NCBI GenBank assembly: GCA_037131105.1
Contig: JBAXRQ010000003.1
Span: 1 to 54,605, forward strand
Source: a bacterium
GTDB lineage: Bacteria > Patescibacteriota > UBA1384 > CAILIB01
Reading direction: 5' to 3'
Length of the DNA stretch: 54,605 nucleotides
Both the position numbers and the translations under genes were made by a program. The notes beneath the pieces were generated by a model. It did no database searches. It worked only from the letters and a program-made list of their open reading frames with translations, and was not told where the DNA came from. Below, in pieces: positions 9,070 through 18,831 of this stretch. The number at the start of each line of letters is the position of its first letter. Positions within the stretch are counted from its first letter, which is position 1.

Positions 9070-12000
9070 TCTTTCTGGTAGTCCTGATACGCATCGATGA
9101 AGCTGCGCTCTAGCGCATGTAAGTTATAGCCTAGATCATCTAGGGCTTCCTTACGCTCCTTTGGGCTGTATTCCGTGTTAGCGCGGATCTTATTCATCTG
9201 CCCACGGATGTTCTTAATTCCACCATTAACGTTTTTGTTGTACATATTAACGACCATCTCAGCATTAGGGTGGGCGTCTATGTAATCGTCGTACTTATCA
9301 GTTCCCTTGAACATATTAAGAATAGCTTCAGTCTTCTTGATACCCTTCTCAATCTCAGCAAACTCTCGGTTATCAACGCTACTGTACTTGCCGATAAAGC
9401 TATCTAGTACAAAAGTATCACGCTTAATGTCGAAGTCCTTCATGCCCGTCAAGACCATTCCCAGATCCCATGAGTTATGGATGATTCTCGACTGCCCATC
9501 TAGATAGGCATTGAGGAAAAAATGCAGCGTATCTGGGGACATCGTTACATCTCCAGTAGTAGCATTAGCCATAAACCGGGTTACGTTGGAATAAAAATCA
9601 GGGATATGCTCTGAGGATACATAGGCATCACCCCAAGCATTCTGGTGGGAGCTATGTACCTGCCTACCGAACGAATCAATGTTCATCCCATATTCAATAA
9701 AGGGTCTAGCAAATGATGGGGCTGCGCTTTCAGCTATCCATGCGATAGGATTATCCATTGGGTTGAACTTAGCGACAGGCAGAGGGAGATAGGAGTCCAT
9801 AGCGATTGGGATCATATTCCCAACGATCTTACCTATCGAGTTATTCCCGGCAAGGAGTCCACCCACTTGTGCGCCGAGAGCAATGAACGCTCCAAGGCCA
9901 AACCCAGTGGGGATAACAAGATAAGGAACCCCAAGCTTCTCACCTATCTCTCCTAACGGGAGACGGATATTCCGGGTCCACATAGCCATGTCGTCCGTAC
10001 CTACCCGGTTACGGCCTTCTTCATCCAGCGGGGACATCATGTAGGCAGCGCCATAAGCTGTCATTCCCAATCCCGCCATAGCTAGCATCATCGTGCGGGC
10101 ATTAGTCTGCCGCATTTTATGATCTGCTAAGAACGCATCAACAGCTTTCTGGTTGATATACGTTCCATCCTCATTCTTCCCCTTGATCGTATCAGGGGCA
10201 TGGGCGAGCATAGACTCCCCACTACGAAATGCAGGTAGCAATACATCCAATGCTCTTACTGCAGTTGTTATCGTAGGACGAAAAAACATAACCCAAGAAC
10301 CGATCTCTCGCCCGTACTTGCCTACTTGTTCAAAATTGAACATATTCTTGGCGTAAGCAGCCGCCTCGATCTGAGCTTCCTTAAGTACCTCGGGGGACTT
10401 AATATCCCGGCCTTCTTTTTCTAGTCTAGAAAGTACCTTATCCTTCATGAATCCATAGGTTGCCGCACGGCCAGCAAGGTCGAAGCCATCAGCCCAAAGA
10501 TCAAACCACTTATGGACATGATCTACTTTAGTAGCAACGCCTGACTTACCTACCTGCTTAATCAAATCCTCAATATGGGAATTGCTCCCCAAGGAGCGGA
10601 TATAAGAAGTCCTTCCGCCGATCTCGATAAACTCCTTCAGATTCCTATAAGCAGGATCACCTGCGTTTGCTAGGGATTCTAGGGTCTTGAAATCATTTTT
10701 AGAGTAAAGGACAGCCGCCTTAAGCGCCTTGGCAACTCCGTTCCGCGCAGCGATCTCATTAGTGGCATAAGCGAGGAACCTAGCGGATTCCTTGGGGCTA
10801 AGATCCCCGCCGATAGTCCATGCTGTCGTCATCAAGTGACGAGTCAAATTGTAGGGGGAGAATGCAACGTTAAGCCGCGTATGTCCCTTACCAATAAACC
10901 CAGTAAATTTATTGATTGACTGGAAAATATTCTGCCCAGCATAACCCCGGACGGCATTAGCCATCTTTTCATTAGAGATCTTATAGACCTCTATGCTGCC
11001 ATCTGGCATGTAATGAAAGATATTATTCTTGCCCTGAATATCCTTTTTAGTAACCCCGTTGTACCGATCTTCAAACGGGATTTTCTCTACAAGCTTTCCA
11101 GCCAGATGCTTCTGGGTAATTAGGTTCTTGATAGCTTCAGTATAACCAGAATTACCAGCACGGCCCGCAGCTTTACCCGCATCTGCCATCGTCTGTAGAA
11201 CAGGGTTATCAGAATCAGACTTACGGCCTCCAGCTTCTTCAGCATACTGTGAGAATTCCCCGCTAGTATGCTTATCACCAAGCTCAAGCTCTTGGTCTTC
11301 TTTGCTAACCATAGACCCCGGACGGCCCTTGAACGGCATGTAGTGTTCATAGCCGTAGAAGTCTGTAATGTTATTTACAGGGGTTGACCAGTAGTTAGCT
11401 TCGCTATCGAGCCTAATGGTCTCTTTCTGTATGTCTTTTACAGCATCAAAGATATTTTTAAGGTCCGCGCCGTTGGCCCCAGCAAACGCTGCATCCTTCA
11501 TCTTCCGAAGCGTCTGTAGTTCAGCCTTACTAAAGGAACCCGCGACATCGTAGATAGGGGAGTCTATAGATAGTACTTCACCCTTCATCGTACCTGTCGG
11601 GTTCATGCGGCTCCAACCATCAGCTACCTTATACTTATCGACAAGATCCTCAAGGATCTTACGCATCTGCTTAGTCTCACCACCTTTAACAAGATCTATA
11701 TTCTGATGCAGGGCTTTGAAGATTTCCTCGCGGTACTGCGCAGGGGTCATCTTTATGCCACCAACATTTAGATGAATCTTGTTATTTAGCGGTACATTCT
11801 TCAGGAACTTAATCAGGCGGCGCTCGCCTTCGTGCATAGCAATCGAGTAAGCCTGAAGCCGCTTAAGCACTTCTACAGGAGTGATCTCATCCCGCTTGGC
11901 GATATCTACGATGCTCTTGTTGAGCTTGTCCAGATGCGGGTTCAATACCTGTAGCTTACGGTCAGACTCACCCGCTGCCTGAGATAGAATCTCATAGGCA

Positions 12001-15000
12001 TTATTGAAATCCCCATCGCCACGGCGAATGAGATTAGAACGTGCTAGATAATCCTCTAGTACTTTAAGTGGGCGGCGCTCGTTCTGAGTAAGACGGATGA
12101 TTTCTTCGTAGTTCTTATGCCCGCTCTTTACAAAATTCTTGAGTTTCTCTACCAGCGAAGGGCGATCTTCATACTGTTGCCTACCCTTCCCGATGCTCTT
12201 AAGAAGCTCTTCAGGGGTACGGTCTTCAGCAGGAGCAGCTTTCTCAGTCCGCTGCATCCGGATACCACCACGGATGTTCTCAGCTTCGCCGCCATGAATC
12301 ACGGTCTCATGGGCCTGATGCAGAAGATTAGTAACATCATTGTCAGTCCAGTCTTTGACTAAACCCATCTGGCGACCAAAGTCACGGATAACGGCAATGA
12401 TCTTATTAAGCGCACCACGAAGCCCAACATGCTTAATCGGCCCTGTTTCAGAGCGTCCAGCAAGCACTTCTTCGACCGCACGGATATCCCGTTCATGACC
12501 GGTAAGGTGCGTATACGAATCAGGGAATCGCTTCTTCCATTCTTCAACAGCTACTTTAACGCCGGAGTTATGCTTGAGGATATCCTCCAAGACGGAATCA
12601 AGCTTATCGCGGAACTTCTTGGAAAGGCCAAAGTGGCCTAGAGCTTCGTGGAAAAGCGTAGCCTTAATGCCAGAAGCATCTTTGGCATTGCCAGCTATGA
12701 TATGGATCGTATGAGTATTGGGGTCGTAGACGCCCTTAGCATCGTGATGGACATCACTGCGTACTTCATGAGGTAGATCTTTTACTGAGTCTACAACCTT
12801 GATCTTGGGTTTATTAGTCCATCCAGAGGTAGCCTCATCGACCGCCTTCTTAGCTTCCTCAGTCTTAACGCCCGTGTTGGTTACTTCCCCACGCTGAAGC
12901 AGCGGGAGTTCACGAACGACTTCGTCCTCATCAGGAATAGCTTCTAGTTCTTTCTTCCGTGCATCAATAGCAGCGGCGGCAGCTAGCGCCTCCTCGTCAG
13001 GAGTACTAGGTTCTTCCTTAGCAATCTCGCGGCGCTTCTTTACCTTGACCTTAACTTTTTCGCCTAGCTCTTTAGCATGGGCGACGTTTGCTTTGATCTC
13101 AGTAGCAACTTTTGCATCCCCGATCTTTTTTGCTGCCGTAGATTCAGATACAACTAGCTTATGTTTTAGCTCTTGTTGTTCAAGCGCATGAGTAAGCTTG
13201 GATTCTACAAAAGCAATATCAGGAATAGACTTACTAAGCGCGGCTCTAATAAGATTATAGTCTTCCTTAGATATTAATTTTTTAGTATAAATTCCTACAG
13301 CAGATTCTCTTAGATCATTAACTATCCGGCCAAGAGATACTCCCTCCTGAACAGTAGCTTCGGACTCGCTCTCATCTATACCCGCATTTTTAAATGCTTC
13401 AGCCGTCTTATGGTCTTCTTCAAGCTTAGTGACCTTAGCCTTCAGTGCAGGGTTGAGTGCTTTCTCTCCTGCAGGAAGTTCTCCAACATTTGCGCTAGGA
13501 ACTCCCACTCCTCCGGTAACAGTTTCGTCAGCGGCTCTTCCTTTGGCGATTGCCGTAGGTACAGAGCCTGCAACGCTCTCTCCAACTGCGGGGGCGTTAG
13601 GCTTAGTAGCAGCGACTTGCTCATCGACTTTAACTCCCTCTGCCGGGGTAACTACCCACTTAAACGGGCCATCTTTACTCAGCAGCTTCTCATCTAGCAA
13701 AGCATTTTTTGCTAGGTTTACTATTTTTGGATCAATGCCAGTAGCAGCTATCTTCTTAAGAGTCGGATCTTTGATAGTCCGAAACGCCTCCAGAACCCTA
13801 GCCTTATCTTCGCTAGTAAGTACCAGCGGCTCTGCCTTTTTCGGTTCTGCCTTTTTTGGCGCAACTTTTGCGACTACAGGGGCAACGGCAGGGGCAACGG
13901 CAGGGACTTCAGCAGCGACGGGAGCGGGAACTTCGTTCCACTTACTAAGTATATCTTCTATCTTCAAAGGAGGGACTACTGGGGGCGTTTCACCCTCCGC
14001 GACTACAGGGGCTGGCGCTCCCGCGACCCTCACATCAGAAGGAGTGATAACACCCGGAGGAGCCTCAACAACGGAAGCAACTGGCTTCCCAGCAGTGGGC
14101 GCGGCGGGTACTGCAGCAGCTTTCGCTGTTTCCTTTGCAGTAAGATCTTTGATCAGATCCTGTTCTTTCTGATATTGATTAGCCATGCCACGGTCGGTAG
14201 CAGTATTCTTGAAGCCTTCATAGCCCCCGAAGCCAACACCCATCGCTGCACCACTTGCAGCCGCATTCATATATTCTTTACGTGCATCGGCGTCGAGCAA
14301 AGGCATCCCCGCTTGCCAACGCTCAAGAGCCTGTTGTCCCATCATTACTGGAACTTGGAACTTGACGCCCTTACCAATGCCTTCCATCAGGCCATTAGCG
14401 TAGGTTAGCGTCTTGTTATCCAACGCATCCTTTAATTGAGCGCCAGTCTTAGCAGCGACTTCCTCACCCTCATGTCCCAGCAACTTGGAGACAAACGGGA
14501 ACTTGCTCAGTGCGCCTTCAAACAACGCAAGTTGGGCGGCAGTGGCAATGGCAGCGCGGGCAACAGACGGCTCATAAGCCTGTCCTTTCTCCTGCGCGGC
14601 GAGATGCTGCTGAGCCTGACGGGCTAGATCCTGCGTAGCCAACTGCGAACCGATAATACCTGTGGCGGCATATCCAGCAGCAACGGGGTTTCTAGTAGCT
14701 AGTTCAGTACCGAAAGCGGCAGCGGTGGGAGCAGCCATGAAGCCAAGCGCCCCACCCGCAAGTTCTTTGCCATATTCAAGAAAATCAGAAATACCACCGA
14801 TATCACCGAGTTCCATCTGCTTATATTTAGAAGCAGAAGCATCAACCAATGCCTTAGCATTCTCAGTCGTACCGCTCGCGGCATATCGGCCCGCAGCAAT
14901 ACTGGCAGCAACATTGGGCATCGCAGACTTAAACGCACCTGTGAACCCGGCATATTCCGTAGGTTCCTGCTGCTGCTGCTGGGGAAGGTACTGCGTCAGC

Positions 15001-15575
15001 CCTTCATTCTGTAAAGCCGCATGGTAAGAATCTACTACCTGATTGAATTCAGGGGATCCGCGACTCGCCTTATTGGCAATGAGCCACTGTGCGTACTGCA
15101 TCGAGGGGGATGTCGTAGGAGCTTGAGCGGGTTCTGCTTGTGCAGAACTGATACCCGTAAGACGCCCAACAACATCGGAAGCATAACTTCCTATGCTCTT
15201 ACCAGTAATATCTTGTAAATGGGATTGAATATTCCCGTTACGGTCAAGGGCACGGGGGCCACCGAAATAGACAGCCGCTACCTTTGGGGGATCCTGATAT
15301 CTATTCCAGAGATCTTCAATGAGGCTAACGCCAGCTTCAGTACTATGCTGGGGGTTGTTCCATTCATACTCTTTAGGAATCAACCCCTGATTTTTTAGCC
15401 CATTAAACGTAGGCTCGATAACCTGCATCGGGCCAAGGGCACCCGCCTTATTAGGTTTTGAAGTATCCGCAGCGCCGTAACTTGATTCTTGTCCAAATAT
15501 AGATCTAGCGACATTAGCAGCAGCAGGATCCGTACCCCGACGCGCTAGGATATCTTCAAATTCGTTCCTATTCAT
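9066..15575 (-). CDS. Large polyvalent ejection protein: N-terminal lytic transglycosylase, central zincin-like HExxxH domain, C-terminal LPD38-like region
   Basis: 2169 aa; QESS and GALGPMQV (SLT); TLFHEALGHFGL with EEVLA; C-terminal WTRNIRLP...IPTGFGLG; last gene of the virion operon. Confidence 0.75.
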   Translation of the reverse strand: MNRNEFEDILARRGTDPAAANVARSIFGQESSYGAADTSKPNKAGALGPMQVIEPTFNGLKNQGLIPKEYEWNNPQHSTEAGVSLIEDLWNRYQDPPKVAAVYFGGPRALDRNGNIQSHLQDITGKSIGSYASDVVGRLTGISSAQAEPAQAPTTSPSMQYAQWLIANKASRGSPEFNQVVDSYHAALQNEGLTQYLPQQQQQEPTEYAGFTGAFKSAMPNVAASIAAGRYAASGTTENAKALVDASASKYKQMELGDIGGISDFLEYGKELAGGALGFMAAPTAAAFGTELATRNPVAAGYAATGIIGSQLATQDLARQAQQHLAAQEKGQAYEPSVARAAIATAAQLALFEGALSKFPFVSKLLGHEGEEVAAKTGAQLKDALDNKTLTYANGLMEGIGKGVKFQVPVMMGQQALERWQAGMPLLDADARKEYMNAAASGAAMGVGFGGYEGFKNTATDRGMANQYQKEQDLIKDLTAKETAKAAAVPAAPTAGKPVASVVEAPPGVITPSDVRVAGAPAPVVAEGETPPVVPPLKIEDILSKWNEVPAPVAAEVPAVAPAVAPVVAKVAPKKAEPKKAEPLVLTSEDKARVLEAFRTIKDPTLKKIAATGIDPKIVNLAKNALLDEKLLSKDGPFKWVVTPAEGVKVDEQVAATKPNAPAVGESVAGSVPTAIAKGRAADETVTGGVGVPSANVGELPAGEKALNPALKAKVTKLEEDHKTAEAFKNAGIDESESEATVQEGVSLGRIVNDLRESAVGIYTKKLISKEDYNLIRAALSKSIPDIAFVESKLTHALEQQELKHKLVVSESTAAKKIGDAKVATEIKANVAHAKELGEKVKVKVKKRREIAKEEPSTPDEEALAAAAAIDARKKELEAIPDEDEVVRELPLLQRGEVTNTGVKTEEAKKAVDEATSGWTNKPKIKVVDSVKDLPHEVRSDVHHDAKGVYDPNTHTIHIIAGNAKDASGIKATLFHEALGHFGLSKKFRDKLDSVLEDILKHNSGVKVAVEEWKKRFPDSYTHLTGHERDIRAVEEVLAGRSETGPIKHVGLRGALNKIIAVIRDFGRQMGLVKDWTDNDVTNLLHQAHETVIHGGEAENIRGGIRMQRTEKAAPAEDRTPEELLKSIGKGRQQYEDRPSLVEKLKNFVKSGHKNYEEIIRLTQNERRPLKVLEDYLARSNLIRRGDGDFNNAYEILSQAAGESDRKLQVLNPHLDKLNKSIVDIAKRDEITPVEVLKRLQAYSIAMHEGERRLIKFLKNVPLNNKIHLNVGGIKMTPAQYREEIFKALHQNIDLVKGGETKQMRKILEDLVDKYKVADGWSRMNPTGTMKGEVLSIDSPIYDVAGSFSKAELQTLRKMKDAAFAGANGADLKNIFDAVKDIQKETIRLDSEANYWSTPVNNITDFYGYEHYMPFKGRPGSMVSKEDQELELGDKHTSGEFSQYAEEAGGRKSDSDNPVLQTMADAGKAAGRAGNSGYTEAIKNLITQKHLAGKLVEKIPFEDRYNGVTKKDIQGKNNIFHYMPDGSIEVYKISNEKMANAVRGYAGQNIFQSINKFTGFIGKGHTRLNVAFSPYNLTRHLMTTAWTIGGDLSPKESARFLAYATNEIAARNGVAKALKAAVLYSKNDFKTLESLANAGDPAYRNLKEFIEIGGRTSYIRSLGSNSHIEDLIKQVGKSGVATKVDHVHKWFDLWADGFDLAGRAATYGFMKDKVLSRLEKEGRDIKSPEVLKEAQIEAAAYAKNMFNFEQVGKYGREIGSWVMFFRPTITTAVRALDVLLPAFRSGESMLAHAPDTIKGKNEDGTYINQKAVDAFLADHKMRQTNARTMMLAMAGLGMTAYGAAYMMSPLDEEGRNRVGTDDMAMWTRNIRLPLGEIGEKLGVPYLVIPTGFGLGAFIALGAQVGGLLAGNNSIGKIVGNMIPIAMDSYLPLPVAKFNPMDNPIAWIAESAAPSFARPFIEYGMNIDSFGRQVHSSHQNAWGDAYVSSEHIPDFYSNVTRFMANATTGDVTMSPDTLHFFLNAYLDGQSRIIHNSWDLGMVLTGMKDFDIKRDTFVLDSFIGKYSSVDNREFAEIEKGIKKTEAILNMFKGTDKYDDYIDAHPNAEMVVNMYNKNVNGGIKNIRGQMNKIRANTEYSPKERKEALDDLGYNLHALERSFIDAYQDYQKD

Positions 15576-17476
15576 TCCTCACCAGAAATAGCTTGGTTAG
15601 CCTCGGAATAGATAGAAGAACTATCAAGCGCACCCTTAGATCTAATACCTGATATCTCAGCCTGTAGTTCTTTATTAGCCATAGCTTGACTAAGCATAGA
15701 GTTATCTAGGTTATCTAACTGAGCTTTAAAAGTCGCCCTATCTTTAGGGCTAGTATTAGGATCATTTACTTTAGTAAAAAGCCTATTCCTTTGCATTGGG
15801 TACATGGGATTATTTTTAGTAATAGCAGCATAAATGGACCTATGTACATCGGCTTCAATTTTCTGCTTCAACAGTTCCATTCTTTGATTATCTAACACGC
15901 CCCGTCTAACCCCCGTCCGATCCCGCATAGCATTCGTATCAATACTATTTTGGCGATTAACCATATCAGTTAGGATGCCACGCTTTAAACTATCAGCAAT
16001 CCGAGCTTCTTGCGTAGCCGTCTGACTATCACCCTTCTTGAGAGCAATCTGCTCATTGATAAGCGCCTGACGCATCATGCTGCCCTTAGCAGACATGTCC
16101 ATATATGCAGCCATACCAGTACGTTCAGTCTCAAGTGAACCCAGAGTACCTGCACTGATAGCCTGAATACCTGTGGTACCGCCCGGAGCCGCACCCATAT
16201 TTGCCCAGAAGCTACGCTCCTTGTTTCCTGCAAGGCTTCTACGGTAGTCATTAACCTGCTGCTCATAATCAGTCTGCGCTTTATTAGACTGCTCAAGAAG
16301 AGCTGGGATACCCATTGCCTTATCTCGTCCAGCTTGCGCAGTCATATTGCTAGCGTAATCTCCACCAGTCCCTGAGTCCTCCAATTCTTTTTTAAGCATC
16401 GTCATTATGGAATCTTGAGCCGGGACATAATCCCGCTGAATTACAGGCGCATTGGAAATGGGGGCGGGAGCGGCTGGAGGAACAATAGTTGGCTTGGGGG
16501 GAGCGGGCGGGGGAGTTCTGGCAGTCTCACCGCTATGTCGCATAGTATCTAACATGCCCCCCGGACCACCGACTCCCATCGTGCCATAACGATGCAACGT
16601 GCCGAGCGCACGGATACTAGCGTCTTTCCAGAACCCGTGTTCTCTTGTATCCGTTTCAGATGGCGAGTAGTACTTGTAAAAGTCTTCAGTTGGGATGTTC
16701 TGGTACGACGCATCGCCTGTGACCTGTCCAGCGACAGCATGTACAATATCAGAAGCTCCCATTGCGGCAGCGGCGGGGATAATGCCCGCTCTCATAATTC
16801 CGGGGGCTAGTCCTCTAATTCCTGACATAGCTCTAATTCCTGACATAGAAGGAAGTATATTAGTCCTACCTATTTTTCCAGCCCCTAAAGCTTCATGCAT
16901 TGCAGCGCGCCAACCCGCTGCTTTAGAAGCCGCTGCTGGCGGGGCTACTGCTTCTAAAGCAGCGGCTTCGCCAGCAGCGGCTTCGCCAGCAGCGGCTTCG
17001 CCAGCAGCGGCTTCGCCAGCCGGGGCTTCGTCATAGCTAAGGTCGAACTCGGTCTGGTAAGGTTCTCCACCTCCAGCAAACGCGACGATACCCCCGCCTC
17101 TCAACTGGAAGTCAGCAGGGAGACTCGCAAGCCCCTGCGACTGTTCAGGCATCTGAGGAATATCATAAGGACCGCCATAAGCATCTATCCCCGGCTGTCC
17201 ATGTAACCCCTTCTGACTATGCAGTCCCATAGAGGATAGCTTGGGATTCCCCTGCCCCTGTGGCTGCTGTCCCTGCTGCTGCATAGCCAGCATAGAATTA
17301 CGATAATGAGAAATCTGTTCCTGCAGCGCGGGAATATCACCCGGTCGAACCTTACCCATCTGGATAGCATTAGCAATAGATTGCTTCTGTAACTCAGGAG
17401 GCTCATTCCCAATAATCTGGGCCATGTTCAGCATTCCTAGATCGAGAATGCTCGGGTTATATGACGAAGTAGCCAT
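15572..17476 (-). CDS. Internal virion/ejection protein
   Basis: 634 aa, Ala/Gly/Gln-rich with helical C-terminus; contains LRGGGIVAFAGGG; lies between the pilot-like gene and the giant gene. Confidence 0.6.
   Translation of the reverse strand: MATSSYNPSILDLGMLNMAQIIGNEPPELQKQSIANAIQMGKVRPGDIPALQEQISHYRNSMLAMQQQGQQPQGQGNPKLSSMGLHSQKGLHGQPGIDAYGGPYDIPQMPEQSQGLASLPADFQLRGGGIVAFAGGGEPYQTEFDLSYDEAPAGEAAAGEAAAGEAAAGEAAALEAVAPPAAASKAAGWRAAMHEALGAGKIGRTNILPSMSGIRAMSGIRGLAPGIMRAGIIPAAAAMGASDIVHAVAGQVTGDASYQNIPTEDFYKYYSPSETDTREHGFWKDASIRALGTLHRYGTMGVGGPGGMLDTMRHSGETARTPPPAPPKPTIVPPAAPAPISNAPVIQRDYVPAQDSIMTMLKKELEDSGTGGDYASNMTAQAGRDKAMGIPALLEQSNKAQTDYEQQVNDYRRSLAGNKERSFWANMGAAPGGTTGIQAISAGTLGSLETERTGMAAYMDMSAKGSMMRQALINEQIALKKGDSQTATQEARIADSLKRGILTDMVNRQNSIDTNAMRDRTGVRRGVLDNQRMELLKQKIEADVHRSIYAAITKNNPMYPMQRNRLFTKVNDPNTSPKDRATFKAQLDNLDNSMLSQAMANKELQAEISGIRSKGALDSSSIYSEANQAISGEE
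16958..17032. repeat. 15-bp tandem repeat, 4 perfect copies plus 1 degenerate (GEAAA repeats)
   Basis: agcagcggcttcgcc at 16958, 16973, 16988, 17003; degenerate copy at 17018. Confidence 0.95.
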
Positions 17477-17485
17477 GATAATTCC

Positions 17486-18364
17486 TTAACCCTTCGGAAC
17501 GCCGCCAGACGCAGCCTGACCTACCAGACTTGCAATGCCGCTAGCCTGATTAGGCGTTGGCGCGTAGAACTGCTGGGCCGATGCCTGAGAAGGTACGCCA
17601 TGCAAAATATCAGACATGAACCCCAACTGCTTGTAGGGATAGTTTTGCTGGTTCAGGAAGTCTTGATACTTAGACGTATCAATCTGCTGGGCAAGGGCTT
17701 GCTGCTGGGCACCTGCCGCACCTTGCGCCTGATTGATACCCATCTCCTGACCGTATTGCTGCTGGCCCAACTGACCCAACTGACCCGCACCCGCTAGTGC
17801 TGTCTGCTGCTGTGTATTATATTCATTCTGGGCGTTCTGGAACGCATTCTGATAGCCAGTAGCCGTAATACCCTGAAGCTGATTCTGTAGATTCCGGTTA
17901 GCCTCAGACTGCATAAGCGCACTCCGAGTACCGCCAAGTCCCCCCGCCTGACCCGCTGCGGATCCCAACTGCGGAAGACTCCGACCATAATCACCAATTG
18001 CCCCCAACTGCTGCTGGTTTATAACCTGCTGCGTATAAGGAGACATGTATTGGCTGACTTGGTTACTAAATCGTTCAGGACTTAGCGCATTCGCAGTAGC
18101 CATACCTGCAGCGCCCGTTGCTTGCTGTGTCTGACCGGGTACTTTCATACCCTGTACATTCTTGAATACCTGCTCTTGCTGGGGATTGAATCCCGCAACC
18201 TGCGTACCACCATATGCTTGATAGGGGTTATCTGTGGTATTTGTTAGCTTTGCTGCGCTATCAAGCGTAGCAGTCGCATAAGGAACGGCCCAATCTGGGA
18301 TGTTATTCTGGTTAACGGTCTGAGTCGAAGACCCGCCGCCGCCGCCGCTGCACCATGAACCCAT
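17486..18364 (-). CDS. Pilot/DNA-transfer ejection protein (P22 gp7-like position)
   Basis: MGSWCSGGGGGSSTQT N-terminus, Gln/Ala/Gly-rich, YMSPY...GGTRS motif; directly after the GNAT gene. Confidence 0.65.
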   Translation of the reverse strand: MGSWCSGGGGGSSTQTVNQNNIPDWAVPYATATLDSAAKLTNTTDNPYQAYGGTQVAGFNPQQEQVFKNVQGMKVPGQTQQATGAAGMATANALSPERFSNQVSQYMSPYTQQVINQQQLGAIGDYGRSLPQLGSAAGQAGGLGGTRSALMQSEANRNLQNQLQGITATGYQNAFQNAQNEYNTQQQTALAGAGQLGQLGQQQYGQEMGINQAQGAAGAQQQALAQQIDTSKYQDFLNQQNYPYKQLGFMSDILHGVPSQASAQQFYAPTPNQASGIASLVGQAASGGVPKG

Positions 18365-18366
18365 AG

Positions 18367-18831
18367 CTATTCTCCGAAATAATAAAAACTGCCCGCTAGT
18401 TTCATGCCGAGTCTTTCCATCATCTTATTTTTTCGTTCCGTATCATCCATATTGAAGATACCAAGAACTACTGGATGCTGAGATTCTCTGGAAAAAGCTT
18501 TAACTTCGTTAATGAACGCCCTAGCTAATCTGTATTCCCTATTTTCGGGTAATACATAAAACCATAAATCACCATATCTATGCTCATGTGAGTACCACGG
18601 GGAATTTAATAGCAGTCCTAAAGACCCAATAATTATCCCATTCTCATCTTCTGCGACCCAAGCTGCGGTATCAATAGACGCAATAATTGACCGTAGAGCT
18701 TTTTCCCGATCAAAATTCGCGGTAATTTCCGACCCCATCTTATGTTCTTTAGAAAAGTGGTTCGCAAGTAACTCAAAGATCTGGGATAGATCATTAGGAT
18801 TTTTCTCTGCCCTGCGAACTACATATTTCAT
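18367..18831 (-). CDS. GNAT-family acyltransferase of the virion module
   Basis: WVAEDENGIIIGSLGL, DLWFYVLPENR..RLA (acyl-CoA-binding motif A-like), MERLGMK. Confidence 0.8.
   Translation of the reverse strand: MKYVVRRAEKNPNDLSQIFELLANHFSKEHKMGSEITANFDREKALRSIIASIDTAAWVAEDENGIIIGSLGLLLNSPWYSHEHRYGDLWFYVLPENREYRLARAFINEVKAFSRESQHPVVLGIFNMDDTERKNKMMERLGMKLAGSFYYFGE

Noticed and set aside
13429-14172. Long antisense ORFs (13429-14172, 27111-27455, 39042-39443, 43451-44083 and similar)
   Set aside because: These are shadows of GC-biased or Ala/Gly/Thr-rich genes on the opposite strand, with no RBS or recognisable motif.
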